From positions 1,294 through 65,293 of the forward strand of contig PLJD01000054.1 in assembly GCA_003140175.1 (NCBI GenBank): 64,000 bases of DNA, given 5' to 3'. The notes under the pieces were generated by a model that saw nothing but the letters and a program-made list of their open reading frames with translations, had not been told where the DNA came from and did no database searches. The DNA comes from Actinomycetota bacterium (GTDB lineage Bacteria; Actinomycetota; Acidimicrobiia; IMCC26256; PALSA-555). Position numbers and translations under genes: made by a program. Positions 54,509 to 62,524 of the stretch are shown here, one piece after another (the stretch's first letter is position 1; each line of letters starts with the position of its first letter).

Positions 54509-55798
54509 GTGAAACGAAGAAAGTGGGTCGCCGCAACTGCGGTTGTAGCCGTCACCGGCGCATTCGCGTTAGTGGGGGCCGCCGCGGGTGGCACGGCCGG
54601 CGCGGCCGGTTCAAGTGGCGGCAGCGTGCGCGGAGTGACGAGCACTTCGATCACCGTCGCCGGGATCTCACAGGCCGAGCAGTTCCCGGGCAGCGATATG
54701 GAAACCGGGGCGAAGGCTGCCTTCGCGCTTGTGAACGCGAAGGGTGGTGTCTATGGGCGCAAGATCAACTACGTCGAGAGCGCCGACGACCAGGGCAGCG
54801 TGAGCGTCGACCTCAGCCAGGTTCAACGGCTCGTGGAGCAGGACCAGGTCTTCGCGCTCGTGCCGGTACTCGACCCATTTCTCGACGAGGCCGGGCCGTA
54901 CCTGGAGGCTCAGAAGGTTCCGTTCTTCGGGTGGGGGGTCGACCACGCGTTCTGCGACAACCCCTACGCCTTCGCCTTCACGGGCTGCATCGTGCCGCCG
55001 CCGAACATTCCCACAACGGGAACCACCTGGGGGGCGTTACTGAACGCCTACTTCAAGGCCAACGGCAGCCCCGGCGGGAGCAAGGGCAAGACCGCGGCGG
55101 TGATCTCGGAAGACAACGCGACAGGGATCAGCGGCGCGCAGGTCATCGAGGCGCAGGTCAAGAAGGCGGGCTTCAAGTCGGTGTACCTGCAGCACACGCT
55201 TCCGGCGCCGCCGGCAGTGGTGGGTGACTACACGCCGTTCGTCCAGGCGATGATGACGAGTGCGAACGGGCAGCAGCCTGACGCGATCTTCCTGGTCACC
55301 ACGGTCAACAACACTGAGAAGCTCGTGTCGGCGCTGCCCGCGGCGGGCTACAAGGGCGTCCTCACCAACGCGGTTCTCTACGACCCACGGGCAGTGGGGC
55401 TCACGAAGGACAACTTCGAGTTCACGCAGTTCGACACACCCGTGGACACGACGAACCCCGCGATGAACCAGATCGTGGCGAACATCAAGGCCGTGGGTGG
55501 CCCGAACGTGGTGATCACTCAAGGCATGCTCTCGGCCTACTTCTCGGCCGATGCCTTCGTGAAGGTCCTGCAAAAGACTGGGAAGAACCTCACGCCGGAG
55601 ACCTTTGCTGCGGTGATGAAGAACTTCACCTACCAGATCCCCGGTGTCGTCGGGCCGACGGTCTATCCCGAGGCTGAGACCGAGGGGTCACCGTGCGGCT
55701 CGCTGATCGGGAGCAACGGGACCACGTTCAGCATCGCGGTGAAATACACCTGCTACCAGGACTTCAACTACAAGACAGGCAAGTTCCTGAAGTTCTAG
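54509..55798 (+). CDS. Liv-type ABC transporter substrate-binding protein
   Basis: GTG at 54509. A signal-like KRRKWVAATAVVAVTGAFALVGAAAG is followed by GVTSTSITVAGIS.., typical of type I periplasmic binding-fold (LivK-like) proteins. Confidence 0.85.
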   Translation: MKRRKWVAATAVVAVTGAFALVGAAAGGTAGAAGSSGGSVRGVTSTSITVAGISQAEQFPGSDMETGAKAAFALVNAKGGVYGRKINYVESADDQGSVSVDLSQVQRLVEQDQVFALVPVLDPFLDEAGPYLEAQKVPFFGWGVDHAFCDNPYAFAFTGCIVPPPNIPTTGTTWGALLNAYFKANGSPGGSKGKTAAVISEDNATGISGAQVIEAQVKKAGFKSVYLQHTLPAPPAVVGDYTPFVQAMMTSANGQQPDAIFLVTTVNNTEKLVSALPAAGYKGVLTNAVLYDPRAVGLTKDNFEFTQFDTPVDTTNPAMNQIVANIKAVGGPNVVITQGMLSAYFSADAFVKVLQKTGKNLTPETFAAVMKNFTYQIPGVVGPTVYPEAETEGSPCGSLIGSNGTTFSIAVKYTCYQDFNYKTGKFLKF

Positions 55799-55899
55799 GT
55801 ATCCCATCGGACGGACTACGGCAGCGGTGGTCGGGCAATCTGCCCGGCTACCGCCGCCGGGCCGTCCGCCTTGGCGTAGTGCACCTCGAGGGCTGACCG

Positions 55900-58797
55900 T
55901 TGCAGAAGTTCTTCAATCTCTTGCTCTCTGGGACGGTCACCGGCGGCATCTACGCGATCATGGCCTCGATCCTCGTCCTGACCTACGAGACGTCGGGGAT
56001 CTTCAACTTCGCGCAGGGCGCAACAGCGTTCGTCACCGCGTACTTCTATTACCAGCTGCACACCGGCCAGGGCATTCCCATCGTGCCGGCGGCGGTCCTG
56101 AGCATCTTCGTCTTCGCTCCCCTGATGGGCTTCGTGCTCGATCGGGTCATGCTCCGCCGCCTCGCGACTGCCCCGGTGTACGCGCGGATCGTCGGCACGA
56201 TCGGCCTGCTGGTGGCGCTGCCCCAGCTGGCGCTGTGGCTGGTGGAGGTCCTCGGCGACCAGGTGCTCGGCCTCAGCCTCCCGAAGCTGTCGAACACCGT
56301 GGCCGTGAGCGGGTCGACGCCGGGCCTCGGCCCGACCCCGGCGAAGGTCTTCGGCTTCGGATGGCTGGGTCTGTCCGGCGTTCACCTCAACAGCGACCAG
56401 CTCGCGGTGTTCGTCGCGGCCGCGGTCGCCGCGTTCGTCCTCTGGTTCCTGGTCCGGCGCACCCGAACCGGCCTGGAGATGCGGGCCGTCGTCGACCGCA
56501 AGAGCCTCGCAGCCCTCCGAGGTGTGAACGAGCGTCGCACCTCCGCCACCGCCTGGATCCTCACCATGATGCTGGCCGGACTCGGGGGGATCCTCATCGC
56601 CCCGCTGTTCCAGCTCAATCCCGACATCATGACCCTGATCGTGTTCGGGTCACTGTCTGCGGTCTGCTTGAGTGGCCTGCGTTCGATCCCGATCGCCTTC
56701 CTCGGCGGCCTGGCCCTCGGCGTAGTCCAAGACCTCGTGGCCGGATACGGGAACAGCTTCCTCCCCGGGTTCCTGAACAACCTCAGCGGCTTCCGGTCCG
56801 CGATTCCGTTCATCATGACACTGGCGCTCGTGTTCCTCATCCGGGAGGCACCCGCCGAAGAGACGCCGCGACCGGACCACCGGGCTGGACTGCCAGCGTG
56901 GCGAAGACGCCTCCCCTGGGTCGTCGGCACGATCGTCCTGCTCGCCTACGCGCTGCAGTGGATCAACGTTCCCGCACTCCAAGCCGACAACTACGAGCAA
57001 GGAGTCATCGCCAAGGGCATCGTCTTCGGGATCATCTTCTTGTCGTTCGTCGTCGTCACGGGCCTCGGTGGCATGGTCAGCCTCGCCCAGGCGTCGTTCG
57101 TCATTGCGGGGAGCTTCGCCGCGGGGTGGGCGCTCGACCGGAACTGGGGACACCTGGCCCTGCTCGCGCCGCACGGCCACCTCAACTTCGCGATCGCATC
57201 GGTGATCGGCGCGCTGGCTGGCGCCGGACTGGGCCTCGCCATCGCGCTCGTGGTCGGCGTTCGACGTCTCGGCGCGGTCTCACTCGCCGTCGCCACCTTC
57301 GCGCTGGCGTTCTTCCTCGCGCTCGTGCCCTTCGACACCCAGACCATCGCCCACGGCGACGTCGGATACCCGATCGCTTCCCCCTCGGTGAGCATTCCGG
57401 GTCTCAACTGGCTCAACCGCCAGCTCGTGCCGGGGGCCGGGGCACACTTCGACTTCTCACAACCGGGACAGCAAGTCGTCTTGCTGCTCGCGCTCTTCGG
57501 GCTCCTCACCCTCGTCGTGTACAGCCTGACCCGATCGCCGTCGGGACGAGCCATGCTCGCAGCTCGCAGCACCGAGGTCGGGGCGAGAACATCCGGGCTG
57601 TCTCCCGCCCGCACCCGGCTGATGATCTTCGCAGTGTCAGCCGGGATCGCGGGCTTCGGCGGCGTGATGCTCGCCATGGTGACGAACTCCGCGACGAGCA
57701 GCAACGCCCTCCCGACCGACGGGCTGATCTGGCTGGCCGTCGCGGTCGTCTTCGGTGTGCGTCGCCCCGGCGGTGCGCTGCTCGCCGGCATTGCCTATGT
57801 CGCGACCCCAGTGATCATGCTGTGGATCGGACAGGACTTCCTGACCGGCTCGTCCGGCGGCCTCTTGACCTCCGCCTTTTTCGCTCCGATCCTCTTCGGG
57901 CTTGGCGCGATCAACCTCGCCCAGAACCCCGACGGGCTCCTCGCCCTCGTCGGCTCTCAGCGTCGCGCACGGGCCGTGGCGCGCCGTCGCAAAGTCCAAC
58001 TGGCGGCCGAACAGGCGGCTGAAGCCCCCGCCGTTCCGGCGGCGACGGGAGTTCCCGCGACGATCGCAGTCACCCCGGCGAGCGGGCGAGACGGCGTCGT
58101 ACCGACGGTCGCGTTAGGGATCCAGGGCGTCGTCGGTGGCTACGGCGAGGTCGATGTCCTGCACGGCGTGGACGTCACCGTGGCGGCCGGATCGATCGTG
58201 GCCCTGCTCGGCGCCAACGGAGCCGGGAAGTCGACGCTGTGCAACGTCGCTGCCGGGCTGATCATCCCGCACCAGGGCCGCGTGCTCCTCGCCGGCGAGG
58301 ACATCACCGCGGTCCCACCGCACGAGCGGGCTCGCCGAGGCATGCTCGTCGTGCCCGAGGCGCGAGGTATCTTTCCAGACCTCACCGTCGAAGAGAACCT
58401 CCGCCTCTCGCTCCGAGACGCCGGATTGCGTGAGCGGGCGTACGGCCGGTTCCCGATCCTCGCCGACCGGCGCAGCCAGCACGCCGGGTCGCTGTCCGGT
58501 GGCGAGCAGCAGATGCTCAGCCTCGCCCCCGCGCTCGCCAACCCGCCGAAGGTGTTCATTGCCGACGAGCCAACGTTGGGCCTCGCGCCGCTCGCCGCCG
58601 AAGAGGTCCTGCACGCGCTCCGAGAGTTGCGCGAGCTGGGATCGGCGATCATGCTCGTCGAGGAGAAGGCCCACGCGGTGCTGTCCCTCGCGGATACGGT
58701 CGCCTTCATGGAGCTCGGTCGAATCACCTGGTCCGGGCCTCGAGCCGAGGCCGACGAGGAGCGACTCGCCGCCACCTACCTAGGGGCCAGCTCTTGA
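55900..58797 (+). CDS. Triple fusion: LivH-like permease + LivM-like permease + LivF-like ATPase (965 aa)
   Basis: N-terminal LLSGTVTGGIYAIMASILVLTYETSGIFNFAQGA (LivH-like). Middle ..FLSFVVVTGLGGMVSLAQASF.. (LivM-like). C-terminal GANGAGKSTL...LSGGEQQMLSLAPAL...FIADEPTLGLAP (LivF-like). One uninterrupted frame. Confidence 0.8.
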   Translation: MQKFFNLLLSGTVTGGIYAIMASILVLTYETSGIFNFAQGATAFVTAYFYYQLHTGQGIPIVPAAVLSIFVFAPLMGFVLDRVMLRRLATAPVYARIVGTIGLLVALPQLALWLVEVLGDQVLGLSLPKLSNTVAVSGSTPGLGPTPAKVFGFGWLGLSGVHLNSDQLAVFVAAAVAAFVLWFLVRRTRTGLEMRAVVDRKSLAALRGVNERRTSATAWILTMMLAGLGGILIAPLFQLNPDIMTLIVFGSLSAVCLSGLRSIPIAFLGGLALGVVQDLVAGYGNSFLPGFLNNLSGFRSAIPFIMTLALVFLIREAPAEETPRPDHRAGLPAWRRRLPWVVGTIVLLAYALQWINVPALQADNYEQGVIAKGIVFGIIFLSFVVVTGLGGMVSLAQASFVIAGSFAAGWALDRNWGHLALLAPHGHLNFAIASVIGALAGAGLGLAIALVVGVRRLGAVSLAVATFALAFFLALVPFDTQTIAHGDVGYPIASPSVSIPGLNWLNRQLVPGAGAHFDFSQPGQQVVLLLALFGLLTLVVYSLTRSPSGRAMLAARSTEVGARTSGLSPARTRLMIFAVSAGIAGFGGVMLAMVTNSATSSNALPTDGLIWLAVAVVFGVRRPGGALLAGIAYVATPVIMLWIGQDFLTGSSGGLLTSAFFAPILFGLGAINLAQNPDGLLALVGSQRRARAVARRRKVQLAAEQAAEAPAVPAATGVPATIAVTPASGRDGVVPTVALGIQGVVGGYGEVDVLHGVDVTVAAGSIVALLGANGAGKSTLCNVAAGLIIPHQGRVLLAGEDITAVPPHERARRGMLVVPEARGIFPDLTVEENLRLSLRDAGLRERAYGRFPILADRRSQHAGSLSGGEQQMLSLAPALANPPKVFIADEPTLGLAPLAAEEVLHALRELRELGSAIMLVEEKAHAVLSLADTVAFMELGRITWSGPRAEADEERLAATYLGASS

Positions 58798-58970
58798 GCA
58801 CTCCCCAGCGCGTCGCGACCGGCGCGCTGGTCGGCGCTCCCGTCGTCGGCTAGGCCGTGGCCACCGTCGCGCTCGCCGCGCGCCGCGACCGAGACCCGGG
58901 CCACCCGGGCGTGACGTCCTCCACGGTGACGGTGACCGGCCTCGACTACTCCGAGGATGAGCCCGATGTG
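58794..58970 (+). pseudogene. Remnant of a second Liv-type substrate-binding protein gene (in-frame TAG, 3' truncated)
   Basis: TTG overlaps the upstream stop (TTGA). A signal-like ..RVATGALVGAPVVG is followed by an in-frame TAG (58851-58853), then AVATVALAA..GVTSSTVTVTGLDYSE, which parallels GVTSTSITVAGISQAE of the intact SBP. Similarity is then lost. Confidence 0.3.
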
Positions 58971-59166
58971 TCGACCGGAAACGAACTTGCACCCAATCCC
59001 TGGGGCTCCTGGCGAGGCCGGCGATCGAACCCCACCGCCCGCCCTGAGGCCCCAGGCCGGGCGGCCAGAGAACAGCTTCCCTGGAGCGGCGGCCCGATGA
59101 GATCCCCGCCCCGGCCCGCGCTTGGCCTCGCGGACCGCTGGCCGGCCCGATTGGGCGCAACCGCAA

Positions 59167-59234
59167 CCTCCTGATGGGGCCGCTCAAGTCCGTGCCAAGT
59201 CCGTGCCAAGTCCGTGGAATGTCGAGAAACGTTG
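59167..59234 (+). repeat. Host repeat R, left arm, copy B (three tandem 11-mers, ends in TTG)
   Basis: CAAGTCCGTGC CAAGTCCGTGC CAAGTCCGTGG at 59185-59217. It aligns with 15225-15281 and 62201-62239, which have two units each. Confidence 0.7.
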
Positions 59235-60460
59235 GGTGGGCTCAAGGGGTCCGCGCAATTCCTGGGCGAGTTGACGATGCTCGTTGACTCGATTGGGGAG
59301 GGTGTGGATGGCACAGCTCACGGTGGAACAGCGGGAGCTGGCTCGAAGGCTGAGGGCACGGGGATGGCGGCTGCGGGAGATCGGCGCCCAGGTCGGCTGT
59401 TCGTTTGACACGGTTCGGCTGGTGGTGGGCGGTGCTCGGGTTCGACCCGGTCGTCCCGATGTGTGGTCGCCCGCCCCGGGCCACTTGACGTTGGCCGATC
59501 GGGAGGAGATCAGTCTCGGTCTGCACGGCGCTGAAACCTTCACGGCGATCGCGGCCCGGGTGGGCCGTGCGGTGTCGAGCGTGTCTCGAGAGGTGGCCGC
59601 CAACGGCGGGCGGGGCGGATATCGGGCATGGCGAGCGCATCAGCGGGCCCGGGAACGCACGCGGCGGCCCAAGCCCTCGAAGTTCGCCGACCGGCGGCTG
59701 GTGACCCAGGTGCAGCGGTGGCTGAAGGAGTGGTGGTCACCGGAGGCGATCGCTCGCCGCTTGCGCATCGAGTTCCCGGACGATCCGATGATGTGGGTGT
59801 CGCACGAGACCATTTACCAGTCGCTGTTCGTGCAGGGCCGCGGCGAGTTGCGACGGGAGCTGACCCGGTGTTTGCGGACCGGGCGGGCCCAGCGTCGACC
59901 TCGAGCCCGGGTGGAGCGCCGAGGCCGGCTTCCCGGCATGGTGATGATCAGCGAACGTCCCGCCGAGGTCGCCGACCGGGCGATGCCGGGCCACTGGGAA
60001 GGCGACCTGATCCTCGGCAAGGGCAACCGATCCGCGGTCGGGACGCTCGTCGAGCGGTCGACTCGCTACCTGTTGCTGCTGCACCTGCCGGAGGGTCGAG
60101 AGGCCGACAAAGTCGATGCGGCGATGCGAGCCGCGATCGCCAGGCTGCCCGGCGAGCTGTTCCGCAGCATCACCTGGGACCAAGGCAAGGAGATGGCCTT
60201 CCACGCCGACTTCACGATCGACACCGGCATCCAGATCTACTTCTGTGACCCCGCAAGCCCCTGGCAGCGAGGCTCGAACGAGAACACCAACGGCCTGCTC
60301 CGCCAATACATGCCCAAGGGAACCGACCTATCCGAACTGACCCAACAAGACCTCGACCGGTTCGCCCGCAGTCTCAACAACCGACCCCGCAAGACCCTCG
60401 ACTATATGAAACCATCAGAGCGACTCGCCGAGCTCCTTGCGCACACCAGTTGAGCCCACC
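59235..60460 (+). mobile_element. Intact IS30-family insertion sequence (1226 bp)
   Basis: IRL is GGTGGGCTCAAGGGGTCCGCGCAA (59235-59258). The reverse complement of 60437-60460 is GGTGGGCTCAACTGGTGTGCGCAA, 20/24 identical by my count. TTG flanks both ends (59232-59234, 60461-60463). A single transposase ORF fills the element. Confidence 0.85.
59308..60453 (+). CDS. IS30-family DDE transposase
   Basis: ATG at 59308 after GGGGAGGG. N-terminal HTH (LREIGAQVGCSFDTVRLV), a second HTH (FTAIAARVGRAVSSVSREV) and catalytic HWEGDLI....ITWDQGKEM....PWQRGSNENTNGLLRQY, typical of IS30. The stop lies inside IRR. Confidence 0.9.
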   Translation: MAQLTVEQRELARRLRARGWRLREIGAQVGCSFDTVRLVVGGARVRPGRPDVWSPAPGHLTLADREEISLGLHGAETFTAIAARVGRAVSSVSREVAANGGRGGYRAWRAHQRARERTRRPKPSKFADRRLVTQVQRWLKEWWSPEAIARRLRIEFPDDPMMWVSHETIYQSLFVQGRGELRRELTRCLRTGRAQRRPRARVERRGRLPGMVMISERPAEVADRAMPGHWEGDLILGKGNRSAVGTLVERSTRYLLLLHLPEGREADKVDAAMRAAIARLPGELFRSITWDQGKEMAFHADFTIDTGIQIYFCDPASPWQRGSNENTNGLLRQYMPKGTDLSELTQQDLDRFARSLNNRPRKTLDYMKPSERLAELLAHTS

Positions 60461-60548
60461 TTGCAAACCAATGACAAACAACGACAAACATCACCGCAGG
60501 TCAGAGCCGCTTTCGAGCCTCTGACCAGCCCTCTCGCGACCACCTGAC
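60461..60548 (+). repeat. Host repeat R, right arm, copy B (contains an 8-bp-stem hairpin at 60499-60526)
   Basis: TTGCAAACCAATGACAAACAACGACAAACA..GGTCAGAGccgctttcgagcCTCTGACC.. aligns with 62237 to about 62330. Confidence 0.7.
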
Positions 60549-60598
60549 TCGCCCTTACAAGGCGGAGGACGGGGGTTCGAGCCCCTCAGCGCTCACCA
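60549..60598 (+). pseudogene. tRNA-Val(UAC)-like 3' fragment (anticodon arm to CCA; no 5' acceptor/D arm)
   Basis: TCGCC-CTTACAA-GGCGG (anticodon TAC), variable AGGAC, T arm GGGGG-TTCGAGC-CCCTC, acceptor 3' strand AGCGCTC, discriminator A, then CCA. The 26 nt upstream contain no GAGCGCT or D-arm. Confidence 0.4.
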
Positions 60599-60839
60599 GC
60601 AAAGGAAACATTCTGCGGGGATGTGACGTACCCGGGGAGGGCTCGGCTCAGCTCGAAGTCCGCCAGGAGTCCGTGCGCGTTCCAAATGCTCCAACGATCG
60701 CCCTTAGGCGGCGAGTCGTGGCGCGAGTCCTGCCGAGAGGTGCGCACCGATCATCCCGCTTGCAGAGGGATGGTCTGAGCGAGGTGCGCATGTCATTCGG
60801 TGATTTGGGGGTGGCGTGACGCCCGACCGGGTACACGGG

Positions 60840-61157
60840 ACGCGGCAACGGCCCGCGCTTGCAGCGCGGACGTCCGCTGGGCAAGAGGCGGTAACTGTCC
60901 GGGCGGTGGACTGACCGAGCGTGCGACGAAGCACCCCACCCGGGCGGAACGCTGCTACGGTTCGAGGAGGTGGCGGGGGCGTCGGGCTCGCGACGACCAG
61001 CTCGGCGGGCGGCGGTGGTTCATCGTTCGTCACGCCCGGCACGGCTGTGCTCTCGACCGGCCCCAACCACGGTGCCGGATCGGTCATCGTCAGCTACGAC
61101 CCAAGCACGGATTCCTGCCCGACACCGATCGTCGTCACACCGAGGTTCACCGGGTAA
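60840..61157 (+). pseudogene. Frameshifted C-terminal fragment of a glycine-rich (ALK/LTK-type Gly-rich-domain-like) protein
   Basis: ..GGGGGVGLATTSSAGGGGSSFVTPGTAVLSTGPNHGAGSVIVSYD.. ends like the C-termini of Gly-rich secreted proteins. An upstream ..SADVR..GG.CPGGG.. piece lies in another frame, with a TGA at 60912. Confidence 0.3.
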
Positions 61158-61481
61158 GCACTGAGCGGGGCGCGTGACGGCAGACCAATAGGTCATTGTC
61201 CGCTCGTTTGGACGGCCGCCGATTTGGCTCGAACGTGTGGTGTTGGATGATCTCGGCGTGCTCTCCGCGTGCCCATCGCAAGGTCAGACTGCGTTCAGCC
61301 GCCTGCGAGAAAAGCGAGCGATCCCGTCGCCCTTGCAGGTGGATGGCTAGAGGCGTAAGAGAGCGCGATCGAACCCGACGGGCCGCGGTGAGGGGCTTGG
61401 GTCAGAGTAGGTTTCGAGACTGTGTACGAACAGTGCGCCATTAGCGGCTGAGCGGTTTGGCCGCGCCACGAGCCGGCCGGG

Positions 61482-61736
61482 TCAACCAAAGCGCTGTTGG
61501 GCGGCTTGCTTTGAGACGCCGAGCGCCGCGCCGATGGCCGCCCAGGAATAGTCGGCGGCTCGAGCGGCTCGGACCGTCTCGCGGAGGTGTGCGTCAGCCG
61601 AGGCAGCGGTTTCGAGCGCCGCTTCGATGCGACGGAGCTCAGCTCCGCTTCGCCATTGGCGCTGCGAAGGGTCGGTGTGGGCGAGTCTGTCAGCGACGTG
61701 TTCGGCTCGCTGGCGGCTTGTGGTCGTGCGTGGCAT
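61482..61736 (-). CDS. Small HTH protein (antitoxin-like partner)
   Basis: ATG at 61736; 84 aa. The C-terminal ADYSWAAIGAALGVSKQAAQQRFG is a sigma-region-4/HTH_23-like motif. Confidence 0.5.
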   Translation of the reverse strand: MPRTTTSRQRAEHVADRLAHTDPSQRQWRSGAELRRIEAALETAASADAHLRETVRAARAADYSWAAIGAALGVSKQAAQQRFG

Positions 61737-61987
61737 CACGGTCCTTCCGGTGGGAACTTGAAGGGTCGGGCTGGTCGCATCGCGTGAATGATGGCTGGCC
61801 CGTCTTGGGTGTCGAGCACGCCGACTTCGATCAGGTTGCCGGCCCGGTCGGGGCCGAGGAAGAGGGTGACGTCGTCGTCTTCGTCGTTGAGTGCCATCCA
61901 GTTGCGCAGCGCATGGCGTATGTCGGCATCGTGGACCTGGTGACGTCGTGCCGTCTGCCAGATCGGCGCGTCGACGAGTCCAATGTG
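61736..61987 (-). CDS. Small toxin-like protein lacking a canonical start codon (possible pseudogene)
   Basis: My translation gives ..GLVDAPIWQTARRHQVHDADIRHALRNWMALNDEDDDVTLFLGPDRAGNLIEVGVLDTQDGPAIIHAMRPARPFKF..*. The layout resembles small actinobacterial toxin-type proteins. The open frame starts right after a TGA, and the first ATG/GTG/TTG is 30 codons in. Its stop overlaps the downstream ATG. Confidence 0.35.
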   Translation of the reverse strand, partial: HIGLVDAPIWQTARRHQVHDADIRHALRNWMALNDEDDDVTLFLGPDRAGNLIEVGVLDTQDGPAIIHAMRPARPFKFPPEGP

Positions 61988-62200
61988 TCAACCCTACCTT
62001 GACGCTGACAGGTGGTCAAGCAACCCTTGACCTCCAGATCGGCTGTCCTGGCCTGGGGGCTCGATCCTGGCTGGTGTCGGCGCCTGGTCTGGAGCTGAGC
62101 ATGCGGTACACCGCGGCCTCGTGCGCTGGCCTCAGGACTGGTATCGCCACGGCGGATGGCCTGCCGTTCGCGGTGTGGCACTCCATCGCGAACGCTTCGC

Positions 62201-62352
62201 CAAGTCCGTGCCAGGTCCGTGGAATGACGAGAAACGTTGCGCACCAACGACAAACAACGACAAACGTCTGCGCAGGTCAGAGCAGGTTTCGAGCCCGTGA
62301 CCAGCACCTTCGCGGGCCCCTGAATCGCCCTTTGAGAGCGGTGTTCGCTTCA
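62201..62352 (+). repeat. Host repeat R, copy C: uninterrupted (unoccupied IS30 target site)
   Basis: Left arm (two 11-mers) and right arm are contiguous. The junction ..GAAACGTTGCGCACCAACGAC.. holds a single TTG (62237-62239) inside the palindrome CGTTG-cgcac-CAACG. Confidence 0.7.
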
Positions 62353-62524
62353 CTCCCTCGCCTAACGCGTCTCACAGGTGGCTTCCCAGGACGTGGTTGG
62401 CGGTCAGGATCACGGCGAGCTGCTGTTGCGATAGGCCGATGAGGAACGGTGCGTCGACGCGATCGCAGCTTCGGAGGGCGCGGCCGTGAGGTAGCCGGCC
62501 ACGACGGCGCCGTTCTGCCCGAAC

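Noticed and set aside
55827-58022. 731-aa plus-strand ORF overlapping the Liv permease fusion in another frame
   Set aside because: It is Arg/Pro/Gly-rich with no hydrophobic segments or motifs. The 55900-58797 frame encodes coherent TM helices and ABC motifs.
59185-59217. Tandem 11-bp repeats as a possible CRISPR-like or other array
   Set aside because: There are only three contiguous 11-mers, with no spacers and no cas genes. They are part of the dispersed repeat arm.
15093-59234. Idea that the SBP C-terminal remnant (15.1 kb) and the SBP N-terminal remnant (58.8 kb) are halves of one gene separated by an IS-mediated inversion
   Set aside because: Both remnants abut the same (left) end of IS/repeat copies that are in direct orientation. 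Recombination between direct repeats does not give an inversion. The two pieces would also reconstitute far less than a full SBP.
60549-60598. tRNA-like 3' fragment as the attR of the tRNA-Val(CAC) island, which would make 3.6-60.6 kb one giant island
   Set aside because: Its anticodon arm and T arm differ from the tRNA at 3572-3643 (TAC versus CAC; GGGGG/CCCTC versus GCAGG/CCTGC). There is no shared core beyond generic tRNA positions. The similarity of the acceptor strands is expected between Val isoacceptors.
62201-62352. Interpretation of this segment as a MITE (internally deleted IS30 derivative)
   Set aside because: The segment lacks both IRs of the IS and keeps a single TTG at the exact insertion point. 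This fits an unoccupied target site better than a deletion derivative.
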